From Anolis carolinensis (taxonomy: Eukaryota), in assembly GCF_035594765.1 (NCBI RefSeq), contig NC_085842.1, forward strand, positions 79,646,782-79,710,781: a stretch of 64,000 nucleotides of DNA, written 5' to 3'. The position numbers and the translations under genes are program-made. The notes below the pieces were generated by a model. It was not told where the DNA came from. It saw only the letters and a list, made by a program, of their open reading frames with translations, and searched no databases. Every line of letters starts with the position of its first letter. Position 1 is the first letter of the stretch. Below, one piece after another: positions 23,176 to 35,900 of this stretch.

Positions 23176-23940
23176 TAGTCCATATGTACAGTACAACACA
23201 AAATCAAAAAAGCAATATAACAGGGCGGGCCGCATGAACACTCAGTTAAAACCTGGGGTGAGAAAAAGATAAGAATAAAACCACGGGGAGCAGAGACATA
23301 AAATAGCAAACAGTCTGGAGGATAGATGATGGGGGGAGTAACAAAAAAGTGTGTAACAGTTACTCTCCGAAAGCACATCGGAAGAGCCATGTTTTTAGAT
23401 CTTTCCTAAAGTCTAAAAGAGTGGGGGCTTGCCTGATTTCAATGGGCAATGAGTTCCACAAACGGGGGGCCACAGCGGAAAAGGCCCTCTCCCTTGTTCC
23501 TACAAGGCGGGTCTGGGATAAAGGCAGTGGCGACAGGAGGGCCTCCCCTGACGATCGAAGAGATCGGGCAGGTTTATGGTAGGAGATACGGTCACGAAGG
23601 TAGGTGGGTCCCAAACCGTTTAGGGCTTTATATATGATGGTCTGCACCTTGAATTGGGATCGGAAAATGAACGGTAGCCAGTGGAGCTCCTTAAACAGGG
23701 GAGTAGATCTCTCCCTGTAACTCGCCCCCGTTATTAATCTGGCAGCCGAGCGTTGGACCAGTTGTAATTTCCGAGCCGTTTTCAAGGGAAGCCCCACGTA
23801 GAGCGCATTACAGTAGTCCAATCTAGAGGTAACTAGGGCATGGACCACCGTGGTCAAGTCAGACTTCACGACGTATGGTCGCAGTTGGCGTACAAGTTTG
23901 AGTTGTGCGAAAGCCCTCCCGGCCACCGCCGACACCAAAG
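23176..23940 (-). mobile_element. L2-clade LINE 3' fragment
   Basis: LVTSRLDYCNALYVGLP...LQLVQRSAARL...LHWLP...APRLWNSLP. Confidence 0.88.
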
Positions 23941-24149
23941 CTTTCATTTAAAAACATACATCAAAGCTTTCATTTAAAAACATACTAATAGGAAAGTTCT
24001 CTGCCAGCTCTAAATGATGATGATAGTGAATATATTACTTGCCTATTCCTTTCAGCTTGACATGGGATACAACATAATTAAAACTAGAGATGAAACACTA
24101 TTAAAAGACATACAACGAGATATACAGAGTTTAAAAAAACAAGTTAAAA

Positions 24150-25250
24150 TCCGCTCATGAAATGCAGATTAAAATTCACAACTTAAAATTGATTGGGGTA
24201 GGCCTACAGAAAGAGATGGGTCTTCAATTGTCTCTTAAATTCTGACAGCTGATGTAGTTGTTAAAGTGTTTCTGGTAGGTCATCCCACAGTCTTTGAACG
24301 GTTGATGAAGAGGTATTCTGGGTGACAGTCACCAGCCAAGTTCTGGTGGGCTGGAGTAGATTCCCCTCGCCCCCAAGACGACTTTGGTGTCCTAAAGGGC
24401 AGATAGTATGGGAGAAGGTGATAACCATGTGGGGCTTTAAAAAGGCAAAGTTACCACTTTGGACTTTGCCCAGGAAAATAATTGGCAGTCAGTGGAGTGA
24501 CTTTCATATAGATGTAATATTCTCAAGTCTATATTCCTGTGACCAATCTGGCTGTTGCATTTTGAACTAATTTGAGTTTCCGAACTTGGTACAGAGGTAA
24601 AGCACATTGTGGGAATCCAACCTTGAAGTTACCACTGTGTGCATTACCATCTTAGGTCCTCAAATTTTAGGAAGGGGCACATCCAAAGCTGATAGTAAGA
24701 CCTCTGTATCTTGGGTTGTCACATAAAAGTCGAGTTGTCCACCATCTGTGCATCATCATCCTTCCCATTTCATTTCCCTGAGGGTCTCTGTATATCTGGG
24801 AGCCTGATTTGTAACCGTTCAGAGAGTACATTCAGGAGCAATTGTGTCAATAACTCTGGTTAATTTTTTATTCCATTTCTCGACCAGGAATTCAACAGGA
24901 GATGCCAACTACAAAACCCTCTGTGGCCTCAAAGGATTCATTAGCTTTTGAGGGCGGGCAATTTAATAGGTCCTTTTCCTCTGCAGGGATAGGTTGTGGC
25001 TGTGATACTAGCCCTGACCAGAAAGTGATCTGTCCATGACAAGTTGGTGGTATTGATCACCTCTGCCACTGATCCACGTGTTCTCAGCTGAAAACCGTAT
25101 CAAGGGAATGACCTGCTGAATGTGTAGGTCCAGAAACCAATTAGGATAAGCCCATGTTTGTCATGGATACCATGCACCTGACAAACTGGCCTCCAGTGGT
25201 ATGTTGAAGTCACCCAGAAGCAAAAGTCAGAGAACTGAATTATACCTTCA
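24150..25250 (-). mobile_element. Degraded L2-like LINE remnants
   Basis: Fragmentary similarity on the minus strand (LHWLP-like segment near 24490; endonuclease-like segment near 25100-25220). Confidence 0.5.
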
Positions 25251-25472
25251 GTTATTCATACTCAAAATATACTGTTTAAATCTAACTAGGCCAATCTTTA
25301 TGGAAGCCCATATAAGGAGTTGTTAATATGTATACCATCTCAAGTATTTATTGTACATTTTATTAACACCATTAACTGATATCTTTCTTAGGTATGCCTT
25401 CATCATTATTATTTTATATACGCCCACATTATTTCAATAAATTTAACATAAAGTGTTTACTTTTACAACTTT

Positions 25473-26075
25473 GTATTGTCAAAGGCTTTCAACCAGAGAA
25501 GTCAACTATAGCAGAGCATGTGATAAACCAACCTGGACACAATATTATTTGAGAACACAGAAATTCTGGACCACTCTGACAACCATTATTTCAGACTACT
25601 CAGAGAAGCCATTGAAATCTGCAAGCACGTGGACAAATTCAACAGAAAAGAGAAAACCAAGGAAATGAAAATCTGGTTACCAGTATTAAAAAATGCCAGA
25701 ATCAAGACAGTAAATAATGAACACCACCCAAAAACAGGAGAACTCCAAACAATAAGCAAAATCAAGGGCTAGTTGATACCTCTCAAGCAGAGGATGCCTC
25801 TAGACAACAAAGGCCAGGCTACTTCTATGCAGATACCTGCACTGATTGACTTTGTAAACTTCATGGCTACTCAAATGCTAATTTAAGCTTACTAATTACA
25901 ACATTCACACTTTCTTTAAATAGAAAAGGGTCTTTTTCCCACCCTGGACATTCCACAGGTATATATATGCTCCACTTCCCTCACTGCCAACAGAACCTCT
26001 GAAGCCAGGCAAAACATTAGGAGAGAATGCTACTGGAACATGGCCATACAGCCTGAAAAACTCGCAGCAACTCAG
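25473..26075 (+). mobile_element. Penelope-like element 3' fragment (end of GIY-YIG domain + pLTR)
   Basis: FENTEILDHSDNHYFRLLREAIEI...KFNRKE; 12-bp TSD TTTTACAACTTT (25461-25472, 26076-26087). Confidence 0.8.
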
Positions 26076-29000
26076 TTTTACAACTTTTTTCTGCAGATAA
26101 TCCCTTGAGTAATTGATATAACCATGAATCTTTCTTCTGTTACCAGCAATCTTAAAAACATTTAGACCACATAGTTGTTTTGTTTTTTATATCACATTCA
26201 TAGTTCATTGTGGAACTACTTGAATCTTTATGTGTCTTACCGTTAATTTGTTTACTTAAAACTCCAGAATACTAATTGTGTGCCATTAAGCATTTGCAAT
26301 GATTCATCGTTTGATTTTTTAAACTTAGTTTGCCAGTGAGAAAAATTAAAACAGTTTCAGTAGTCTCAGCATCTTTTAAAAAAGCAACATTTATGTTAAC
26401 AAGAGATATAGTTCAACATCTAGATGAATTTTAGTGGGTGGGGGATGTAATCAGTAGGGCTATTGGAATGGTAATGTGAAAAGTACAGACAGTGAAACCT
26501 GCATAATCAGCATCCACTTACAAACAGTTGGGGGATGATACAAGCATTACCACCTAGGTAAATTGCTTAACATATATATTGAAATGCAAAACGTGTCTAT
26601 TTAAGCCATAGGGAATAGTTTTTGGTGGGTTTTTTTGTTTAACTATTTCCTGTTGCAGTTTCTCTACAGGTTCTTTTTTTTTCAAAGATTACTTCTCAAA
26701 GATTAGAGCCTATTTTTTCCACAGAAAAAATAATGTAAAATCTTAGATTATTGATTTTTTAGAGTGATGAATACCATGTTTGCAACAAGGTATCCATATA
26801 TTTTGTTCCCCAAAATTATTTCTAAAAGCTCTATAACAGAAACATGTTGCAATTCTTGATCTTGGTATCCTTTCCTCCTTTTCTTGTATGAATATGAATG
26901 TTTTATATTTGCTTGCTACTATCAAAGACTAGAAGACATAAAATAATTTTCTTTGTTTTGTTAATATGAATTGTATATTTTTATTGGGTTTACCCATTCC
27001 TAATGAAGTTACAAAACTAAAGAGGTTTCCTGCAGTTTCAGACATTTCAGTTCAATTTTTCTTTCATGTCCTTTTATTCTATAAAGTCTGCATTTACATA
27101 CGTACAATAAAAATAAAACAGCATCAGAAGCAAAAGAAAAAAAAAGCTACACACTGCATAGAAGACTATACTCAACTAAGGGTAAATACGGCAATTCCCA
27201 CACCAACCAGGAAATATAAAAGGAAGTGGGACTGACAAGACTGGGAAAACCAAGAAAAGTTGATGTGGGATATTGACTGAATACGGTATTGGCATTTTGG
27301 GCCCTGATTCTATCCACAGCTGTCACTTCTGGCCAAAATGCTCAATGTTTGCATAGAAAAGGGTTCCCTGCCAATCCCATGGATATCTATTTCTGTAGGA
27401 TGTTAGGCCAATTGAAGTTATAGGACCAATGACACCTGCCACTTCACTACCCATCAGATCATTCTCTCAGGAAATCATATGTGTCAGGAATGTAGTATGA
27501 TTTAAATGCATTTTAGTAATGTAGATCAAAGGAAATAAAAGATTTTTAAAAAATCAATAACTGCTGGTGTTCCCAAATCTGCTTTTGAAGTTGACTAAAA
27601 CCCTGTTTTTAATGGATTATTTAAATCTCCTAATACAGGTACATTGAATACTGTTGGTTAATATTACATTTTGTACATCGTAATGTAGATAATGCTTATG
27701 CGCTGATTCATAGTTATTTTAAATGCCTCTTTATTCTACATCAAGTGGATTTAGCTAGGAGTTAGGAACCATCTTCATCCTTACATATTGGAGCACGAGC
27801 CATAGTCACAACAAACCTTTGGAAGAACATATCATGATGATTTATTGAAATTAATATGCAGATTAGGGCCAGTATTCATTAATGGCATCTTATGAAGTTT
27901 TCATTTAAAGGAGATTAATCTAAGCCCTTCACAGTCCCTGAGCAATCCTGCCAGAGCAAAAGCAGTTCTCAGCAGATCTCTGCAAAGATTAATGAGGGCT
28001 TCTGGACCACTTTCTAAACAATGCCTTCAGAGTTTAAAATGAACAAATAGAAAAACAAGATAACTTTACTTGTTTCTTGGGTGGCCATAGTTATTGCCAA
28101 AAGAGGCATTTATTCTATTCCAGATAGACACCCCAAAAGTGAATTCAGTGTATAGTTTACAAAGAGTTTGAATTCCTAGGAATTGTAATTTTGTTCAGAC
28201 AGAAAGGCAGCAGCCAATCTAGGAAAAAGAGATGCTGCTCTGCAGTATTACTGAAAGTACACATGCACACACACATACCTGCATCCTTGTAAATTGATGA
28301 GTACAGTAATACCAGGGTACTGGTGGTATGGCGCACGCAGGGCAGATGATGCATAGCACTAAATTGAAATTTGAATCTGGCCAGCAATGAAGGAAATTGG
28401 CTCTTAATTTTTGAAACTGGCAGATAATATTTTGGGAAGCTTTAAGAGTTCTGTTTTGTCCTTAGGGCAGAGCTTTCCTAACTGTGCCGTGACACATTAG
28501 TGTGGTGATTGTAGTCTGTAGGTGTGTCTCCTTGACTCTCTTCTACCCTGGGCTCAGTTTCTGGGTTGGAGCTAGGAGGAGGGAAGTTGGGTGAAGTGTG
28601 AGAAAGACTATTCTCACCAAGCCTCCCTCTCCTCGCGCTTTTTCTGAAAACCCACAGAAACCAAGTTGAGGAGGAGGTTGTTAAATTTTAGACATCTATT
28701 TTATATTGGGGGAGATGAAGATGATGCACACCTTGGGAAAGAAAGAAACTGAAAGTCCTGGTTTGAGCCTTTTTCTCATTCTCTGCCTCTTTCCCCCTTT
28801 TTAAAAATCTCAGACCCTGAAAATGGCTAGAAGGCATTTTCCTCCACTTCCTGTCCCCTCCTCATTTCTTCTGTGTATGTGAGAGAAAGCCTTAAAAAAG
28901 GAGCAAGGAGAGGGGAAAATCACTTTTATTTGACTATTTGGCATAAGAAGGCTTTGTAACTCTACTACTCCCAGGATGCCAAAGTATTAAGCCATAGCAG

Positions 29001-29301
29001 ATAAACTGCCATCAAACTTTATTAATTTGACAGCATAGATGCATCCTTATGATTTTTTTGCCTCCTTGCATAAAAGTAAGCCACAATGAACTCCAAGAAG
29101 CTTCTTGAGGCACTTCTATACTGTAGAATTAATTTAGTTTTACAACACTTAAACTGCCATGACCCAATGCTGCAATCCTGGGAGTTGTTGTTTTACAAGG
29201 TATTTAGCCTTCTCTACCAGTTTGACGGCATAAAACAATAAAGTATAATGGTAGACTGTACATTTATGTCACTTCATTTTCACTCAGAAACGGAAGTTTT
29301 G

Positions 29302-31879
29302 CAATGATATCATTGCTGTACTGCGATTACAAAATATTTGCCACTATATTGGCAAATAGAATTAAGCAAGCTCTAGCACAGATCATTCATAAAGATCAGG
29401 TGGGGTTTATCCCAGGAAGACAAGTAAATCAAAACATCAGACTAATATTGAACACCCTGGAAGTAGCAGGAAAAGACCCAAATAGAGATTTGGCATTGTT
29501 CTTTATTGATGCAGAAAAAGCCTTTGACCATGTCAGATGGGATTATTTGGAAAAAGTGCTAGAAAAATTTGAAGTTGGCCACCAATTCAAAAGGGCAGTA
29601 GGGGCTATATACACTAATCAAAGAGCAAGGTTAAACATCAATGGTCAACTGTCAGATGACATTGACATACAAAAAGGGACCAGACAAGGCTGCTGGTTGT
29701 CCCCACTATTACTTATTATGGGTCTGGAAATCTTAAATGTCAGAATAAGTGAAGAGAAGGAAATTACTGGTTTAAAGATCAGTGGCCAAGAACTAAAAAT
29801 TAGGGCTTACGCAGACGATATAGTCTGTATCCTAACTAACCCACTACAAAGTATTAAAAAGTATTGGACATTATTCAAAGATATGGTGACACATCAGGAT
29901 TCATTATAAACAAGAAAAAATCTAAGTTTTTAGTAAAAAAAATACAGATGCTAAAAGCTCTAAGAAACTGGAGGCCGCAGTAGACTGTGAGGTGATTCCG
30001 AAAGTAAAATATCTAGATATATGGGTCACAAACAAAAATATCAATTTATTCCAGGATAATTATGTTAAAACATGGGAAGACATTAAAAAAGATCTTACTA
30101 GATGGCAAACAATCCCACTAACATAGATGGGCAGAATTGCAGTAATAAAGATGATGGTACTCCCCAAAATGCTATTCCTGTTTCAAAATATACCCATTAT
30201 TAAAGGAATATTTTTTTTTGAGAAATGGAAAAGAGAGATTACAAATTTTATTTGGGCAGGAAAAAGTGCAAAGATAGCATACCGAAATTTAATTGACGAT
30301 AAAGAAAGAGGGGAGCTAAGCTTACCCAATCTAAGGACCTATTATGAGGCTGCAGCGCTGTCCTGGATGAAGGAATGGATAAAATTAGAAAATAAGACCC
30401 TGTTAGATTTGGAAGGATATGAATTAAGATTTGGCTGGCACACATATGTGTGGTATAATGGAGACAAATTAAATAAATACTTTAATAAACATATAATTAG
30501 AGGGGGATTATTAGACATTTGGAAAAAATACAGGAAAGGTTTTGAACCAAAAACTCCCCTTTGGCTGAGGCCACTAGAAGCAGTTACAAGACCAGACTTA
30601 AGCGTAGAAACAAGAACATGTAAAGAATACCTTATTAGAGAAAATGAAGAGTGGAAATTAAAAGGGCAGGAAGAATTAGAGATTAATGATTGGTTTTCAT
30701 ATCACCAATTGCATGAAAGATATAAAAAAGATATGAGGGTAGGTTTTGCAACTAAAAAATCAGAACTGGAAAGAATATGGGAAAAGGGAAACAAAGGGTT
30801 AATCTCCAGATTATACAAATACATATTAAGTTACAATATGGAGGACAACACAGTCAAGACAGTAATGATATCCTGGGCCAAGGACCTAGGTAGGCCAATA
30901 GATTTGGATAGCTGGGAGTACCCATGGAACAAAGAATTCAAATTCACAATATCTGGATCAATTAGGGAGAATCAATATAAAATGTTTTATAGATGTTACA
31001 TCACCCCAGCAACATTGTAGGAAACAGAAAGGGACTTTCATCCATATGTGGTGGACATGTTCAACCGTAAGGCATTTTGGAACAAGGTAATTAAAGAGAC
31101 AAATAAAATGCTACATAATAAGATTTTTAAAAGCCCAGGATTGTGTCTAATAGGTTTACATAGAGAAAACAATAACCAGAAGGACCAAGAAATATACCAA
31201 TATAGCTTTGCCGCAGCAAGATTGACCATAGCCAAAGACTGGAAAGGAGAAAAAGGTTTTAACTAAAAAGGATTGGAGGGAAAGAATGCAGTAATATATG
31301 CTAATGGCCAAACTTACCAATAATAGGAGGAACAAAAGTAATGAGGACTTTTTAGAAACATGGAAGTTGGCCATAGCATATCTGAATAGAGAGTCAGTAA
31401 TATAGAAGAGTTCCATTAGGAATTTAGGGTTACTATTAACAAGGATAGATAAATTGGCTTAAAGGCTTCATAGTGCTTCAGGGTTGGAAGTCATGGTGAA
31501 CGGTGCACGGGTGGGGAAGGGGTTTTATTTTGTGTGGGATAGGGGTTTAGGTGCGTGCAGGGTCTGTTGTGTGTAACACGTTTGTATGTCTTTGTTTGAA
31601 TGTTAGGGTGAATTCTTATATTTATTTTTTTAAAAATGAGTAGAAATCTAGATTGAAAATAGTGGATAACATGTAGAAAGAGCAATTCTAAATGTTTTGA
31701 ATTACAGATAATAATATGTACTTAACGTTAGAATTAACTGGGTGATTGACTAATGTAGATATGCATGTGCATTTCTAAAGGATTGTTATTTGACTTTATC
31801 TGCTATAATTTTCTGTTTTGTTATGTAACATATCATTAATAAATTGTTTACCCACCAAAAAAAGAAAAAAAGAAAAAAA
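29302..31879 (+). mobile_element. 5'-truncated L1 LINE (ORF2 RT + C-terminus, disrupted) with polyA tail
   Basis: DYKIFATILANR, IDAEKAFD, GTRQGCWLSP, YADD; AATAAA at 31838, A-rich tail; 16-bp TSD AGAAACGGAAGTTTTG / AGAAACAGAAGTTTTG. Confidence 0.93.
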
Positions 31880-32534
31880 AGAAACAGAAGTTTTGGAACT
31901 TGCTGCACCTATGGACAGAGGTAGGTCATAGTAAGAAACCTGATGGAATAGAATCTGCGCAAGAACAATTCAGTCCTTTGTTGACATCTTTCTCCTATGC
32001 TTACACAATCCAGCCATTTTATCCCCAATTATGTTTTTCCTTTCAACCTTCTAGCAAATCACAGGGGCTGCTTATTTTGAAATCTTGGCCTGAGAGAAAA
32101 CTGGAATTTGGGGATACTTGGTGTCTCACAATCCAAAATTGGGATAATGTTCGTCTGCTTTTAAATGACTTAGGGTGTGGAGCAGTTTGACATACAGCGT
32201 GTTTCTGAAAATTATTTTGCATAACCTGAGATTTCTCATTTTGTCTAGCTCCTTAGTTGAAGGCAGGTGATTTCCAAGGCAGCTTCAGTCTGTAGATCAT
32301 TAACATCCTAATTTGATTCATCTGATCAGCTGGACAAGAAGACCTTTGGACTTTTCTAGGAGATCAGTGAGCATTGTTGGAGGCAGGTGAGAAAACTGGG
32401 TTTTCAGTAAAGCAAGCACAGTGGGATTGAAGAAAACCCGTATATCTCTCCATTTTACTCATTTATCCTGGCATTTAGTTCACAATACTTATTTTGCCCA
32501 CCCTTTGTCACAGGCTGCATGCAAAGACTGGCTA

Positions 32535-32923
32535 ATGACTCAGGCTGTGGTTTCACGCTTCAGGAATTTGCCTTTAGCTGGCACAGTCTGCTTGCGGTCC
32601 GCTTCTCACCCTACCAGTGGGACATCTCTCAATATGACGCTCAGGGAACATGGGCTGCATTTCTTCCGCAGTGCTATTGGAACTGTCCTCCCAGGACCCA
32701 TGTTGAAACGAGTGCTGGTGCTAGACACAAAAAGTGGTTGTCCCAGATTACTGGTGCGCGATCAGTCTTTTGAACTGAGGAGGAACCTGTATTTGGTTGG
32801 CTTTGGGAAGGCTGTACTGGGCATGGCAGCTGCAGCAGAGGACATCCTTGGGGACCACCTTGTTCGGGGAGTGATTAGTGTTCCACATGGCATCCAAGAA
32901 ACTATGCAGCACCGAGGAATGAG
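32535..32923 (+). CDS. GLYCTK: GLYCTK first coding exon (acceptor at 32513/32514)
   Basis: MTQAVVSRF...[25 protein letters not shown]...; AG|GTAAGG donor. Confidence 0.93.
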
Positions 32924-35900
32924 GTAAGGAAGCAATGGACCTTCTTACAGACAAAAATAGGCCCAGAGGTATTCTCCGGTGCCCCCCCCCATGAATCTCT
33001 TTTTCAATTTGATGTAGCCAAATTCTCATTTTCATCTTGTGTTGTGGAAGCCAGGCTTTTCCATTCAAAAGTGTCTGCACCACTGTTTTTAGTGATAATT
33101 GTGTAAGCAGTTGGAAGTAGTAAATGCAAATTACTAATTTTAAGTCTTTTGGAGATAAGTCCTTTTTTCATAATTTAGGTCAAGAATTATTCTAAGGGCA
33201 CATTTCTTATACAATCTACTGTGGAGTAACCTAACAACCTGCAAGCTTGTTTCAGTCTTTTTCTGGTTTAATAGGTAAGAGGTTCTGGACAGTTTGCAAT
33301 CTTGCTACATAGGGGTTCACAGAGTACAGAGGTCTGCCAGGGAACAGTGAGCTTTGATGGATCCAAAATAGCAGCATGATTTGGCTGAAGTGCTTAGAAA
33401 CCATGTCATCCTGCAGACAGAATGATTATGGGTTGTTTTATTTTAATTATGAGCACATGTCCTAAGTCTTGTGTGAATGATTTTGGCCTTGTCCAACAGG
33501 AAATGGGCCATGCTGTCATTCATAAGTGATACGATATTCATGTGGTCCCTCATTGTGTCTGATCACCCCCAGTAATTGGATCATATTTCTTCTCATTAAG
33601 CAGTTAGAAGGGATCCAAATTACAAGTTGTTGTCCTGCGAATCTTCATATGTAGATGCATTTGGTGGTAGGGTCAGCATAGTTGAGAAAGTAACTTGTTC
33701 TTTTTTTATTGTGTAGAGAGATGTTGCTGAAGCCCCAGAGCCACATTCTAGTTATGGAAGGAGCTAAGCACAATCTTCCTGACAGAGATGCTTTGAAGGC
33801 AGCGAGTGCCATCCGGGATTTGGCCGAGAGCCTAACCACAGAGGACCTTCTCCTGGTGCTGATCTCAGGTGATTACATGATGGAAAAACTCACTTTCCCC
33901 AAATAATCTGCTTTCTTTCATGCACATTGTCCCAGTCTTCTGTTCTCTTTTCTGGTCTTAGTTATTCTTTGCTTCCATATAGAAGAAGCCACTGCTTTAA
34001 AATGCCTCATAACACAAGCTCAGTCAGTTTGTTGGCTGCAAAGATAGCAGAACGGACGTGTGAAGAGGTTCAGAATATTTTTCATTTTTAAGGCAGCTTC
34101 ACAAGATATTGAATCATAGAATAATAGAATTGGAAGAGACCACATGGGCCATCTAGTCCAACTCTCTGTTATGCACCATAAAAGTATCCCATCCAGCCTC
34201 TGTCTGAATACCTTCAAAAAAGGTGTTTCCACCATATGTACATATGCTAATGGTTTTGCTGCTTGTTTTATATGTCTCTATAGCCCTGTATGTCTCCTGT
34301 TGTCTGCCTATGGAGACCTGCCCTTGCAAACCCTTAGTAAATTGTGATATCTGCTGGAATGAGAGGAACAATAATGTGGAATACGAATATCTTTGTATCC
34401 AATTGTTGAATAAACTTGGTGAAAGAAGCATTACCATATTAGGAAGTCATTTTCTCTGAGTCAGACTTTCCTCCCTCCTACTTTGCTTTTTCTCGTAGTC
34501 ACTAGTCTTAGATCTGTGAATCTTACTTTGTAATCAAGCTAAATATCTATTATTCTGCTGCAGTGTTTGTAGTTTCACAAAGCACTCTGCTTGCTTTTGT
34601 TTCTCTGACCACTTGCGAGACTTTTGAAACAGCAAGGCATGCTTTCTCCAGAGGATGGCAGTCCTGAATCAGAAAACAGAAATGTCATGCTATTCCAAAT
34701 GCTCGGGAAGGTGTAGGATATGGAATTGTGAAGAGCATAATTTTAGAAATTTTTCTGCAGTTTGCTCTGAATAGGTGGAAGGGAATTGAAATGGGTGTTC
34801 ACTATAGTTTTGTTTGTGGCATATGAATAATGAAATTCTTTGGTCAAGTAACATTGAAGCAGAATGCCTGTGGCTTTTTAAAAATTTCATATATTTTCAT
34901 ATGCCCATAATGTCACTGGTGCCATAGGCAGACCAGAGCTGTATTGCCTCAAAATACTTGAAACAAATCTGGTATATGGTATAAAAATGAGTAGGAAAGA
35001 GTTTTGACAGGGACAAAGGAAAGTAGAGCAAGAGGCCATGTACTTCGGACTGCATTTCGGCCTAATTGGCACATGGCTATGACACATGGTACCACTGAGT
35101 CATATATTTTAAATATTGATGTCTGTCACAGTGTATGGGGACCTTTCATGCATTTAAAAAAAATGCTAGATGCTTTCACACGTTCTCTTCCCATTCCATT
35201 TTTGTTATTTTTATAACTGTTCACAGTGAAACACACTTTCTGTGCCATAAACTTTTTCAGCTCAGTCGCAAAAAGAAGTTGGAGATCTGGGAGCCAACTG
35301 CCAACAACTAAGACTATCTGTTTTATTTTGTTTTGTTTTTTGTTGTTGTTGTTTTTGGATGTATGGAGGCTCAACCAGAGCAATTCAATCAAAACCTGGA
35401 CAGGGAGCACAGAAAAAGTGATAGCTGGAGAAGTACATGGATCTATATCATGGGTAGAATGTTTGTGTGTGTGCACCTGTACCTCAGTGTTGCTATAGTT
35501 AACTTGAAGACAGATTATTGCTGTATATTATAATTATTAGATTTGTTGCTGTCATAATCTTTGTTTATACCCAAAACTAGGACTCAAGGCCTCCTACAAA
35601 TTACAATGAATACTGTACAGTTTTAAAATGAAATTCAAAACACCACAACACTAAAACTGAATTTAACCATTAACAACACCAATAATAATTTAAAACATAT
35701 AACTTAGGTGTTAAAAAAGCAGTCTAAAAACAAATTAGCACATTTTAAAAGCTCTATTTTTTAAAAAACCTGTATTTCCCAAAATTATGGTTGATATAAA
35801 TTGTTCTCTTAAGTCAACTTCAAGGAGTCCAAATACTCTTCCTAAAGAAGGGAGCTTTCTGCCACTTTATCCAGGTTCTTTCTTGAGGCCCTTGGCTACT

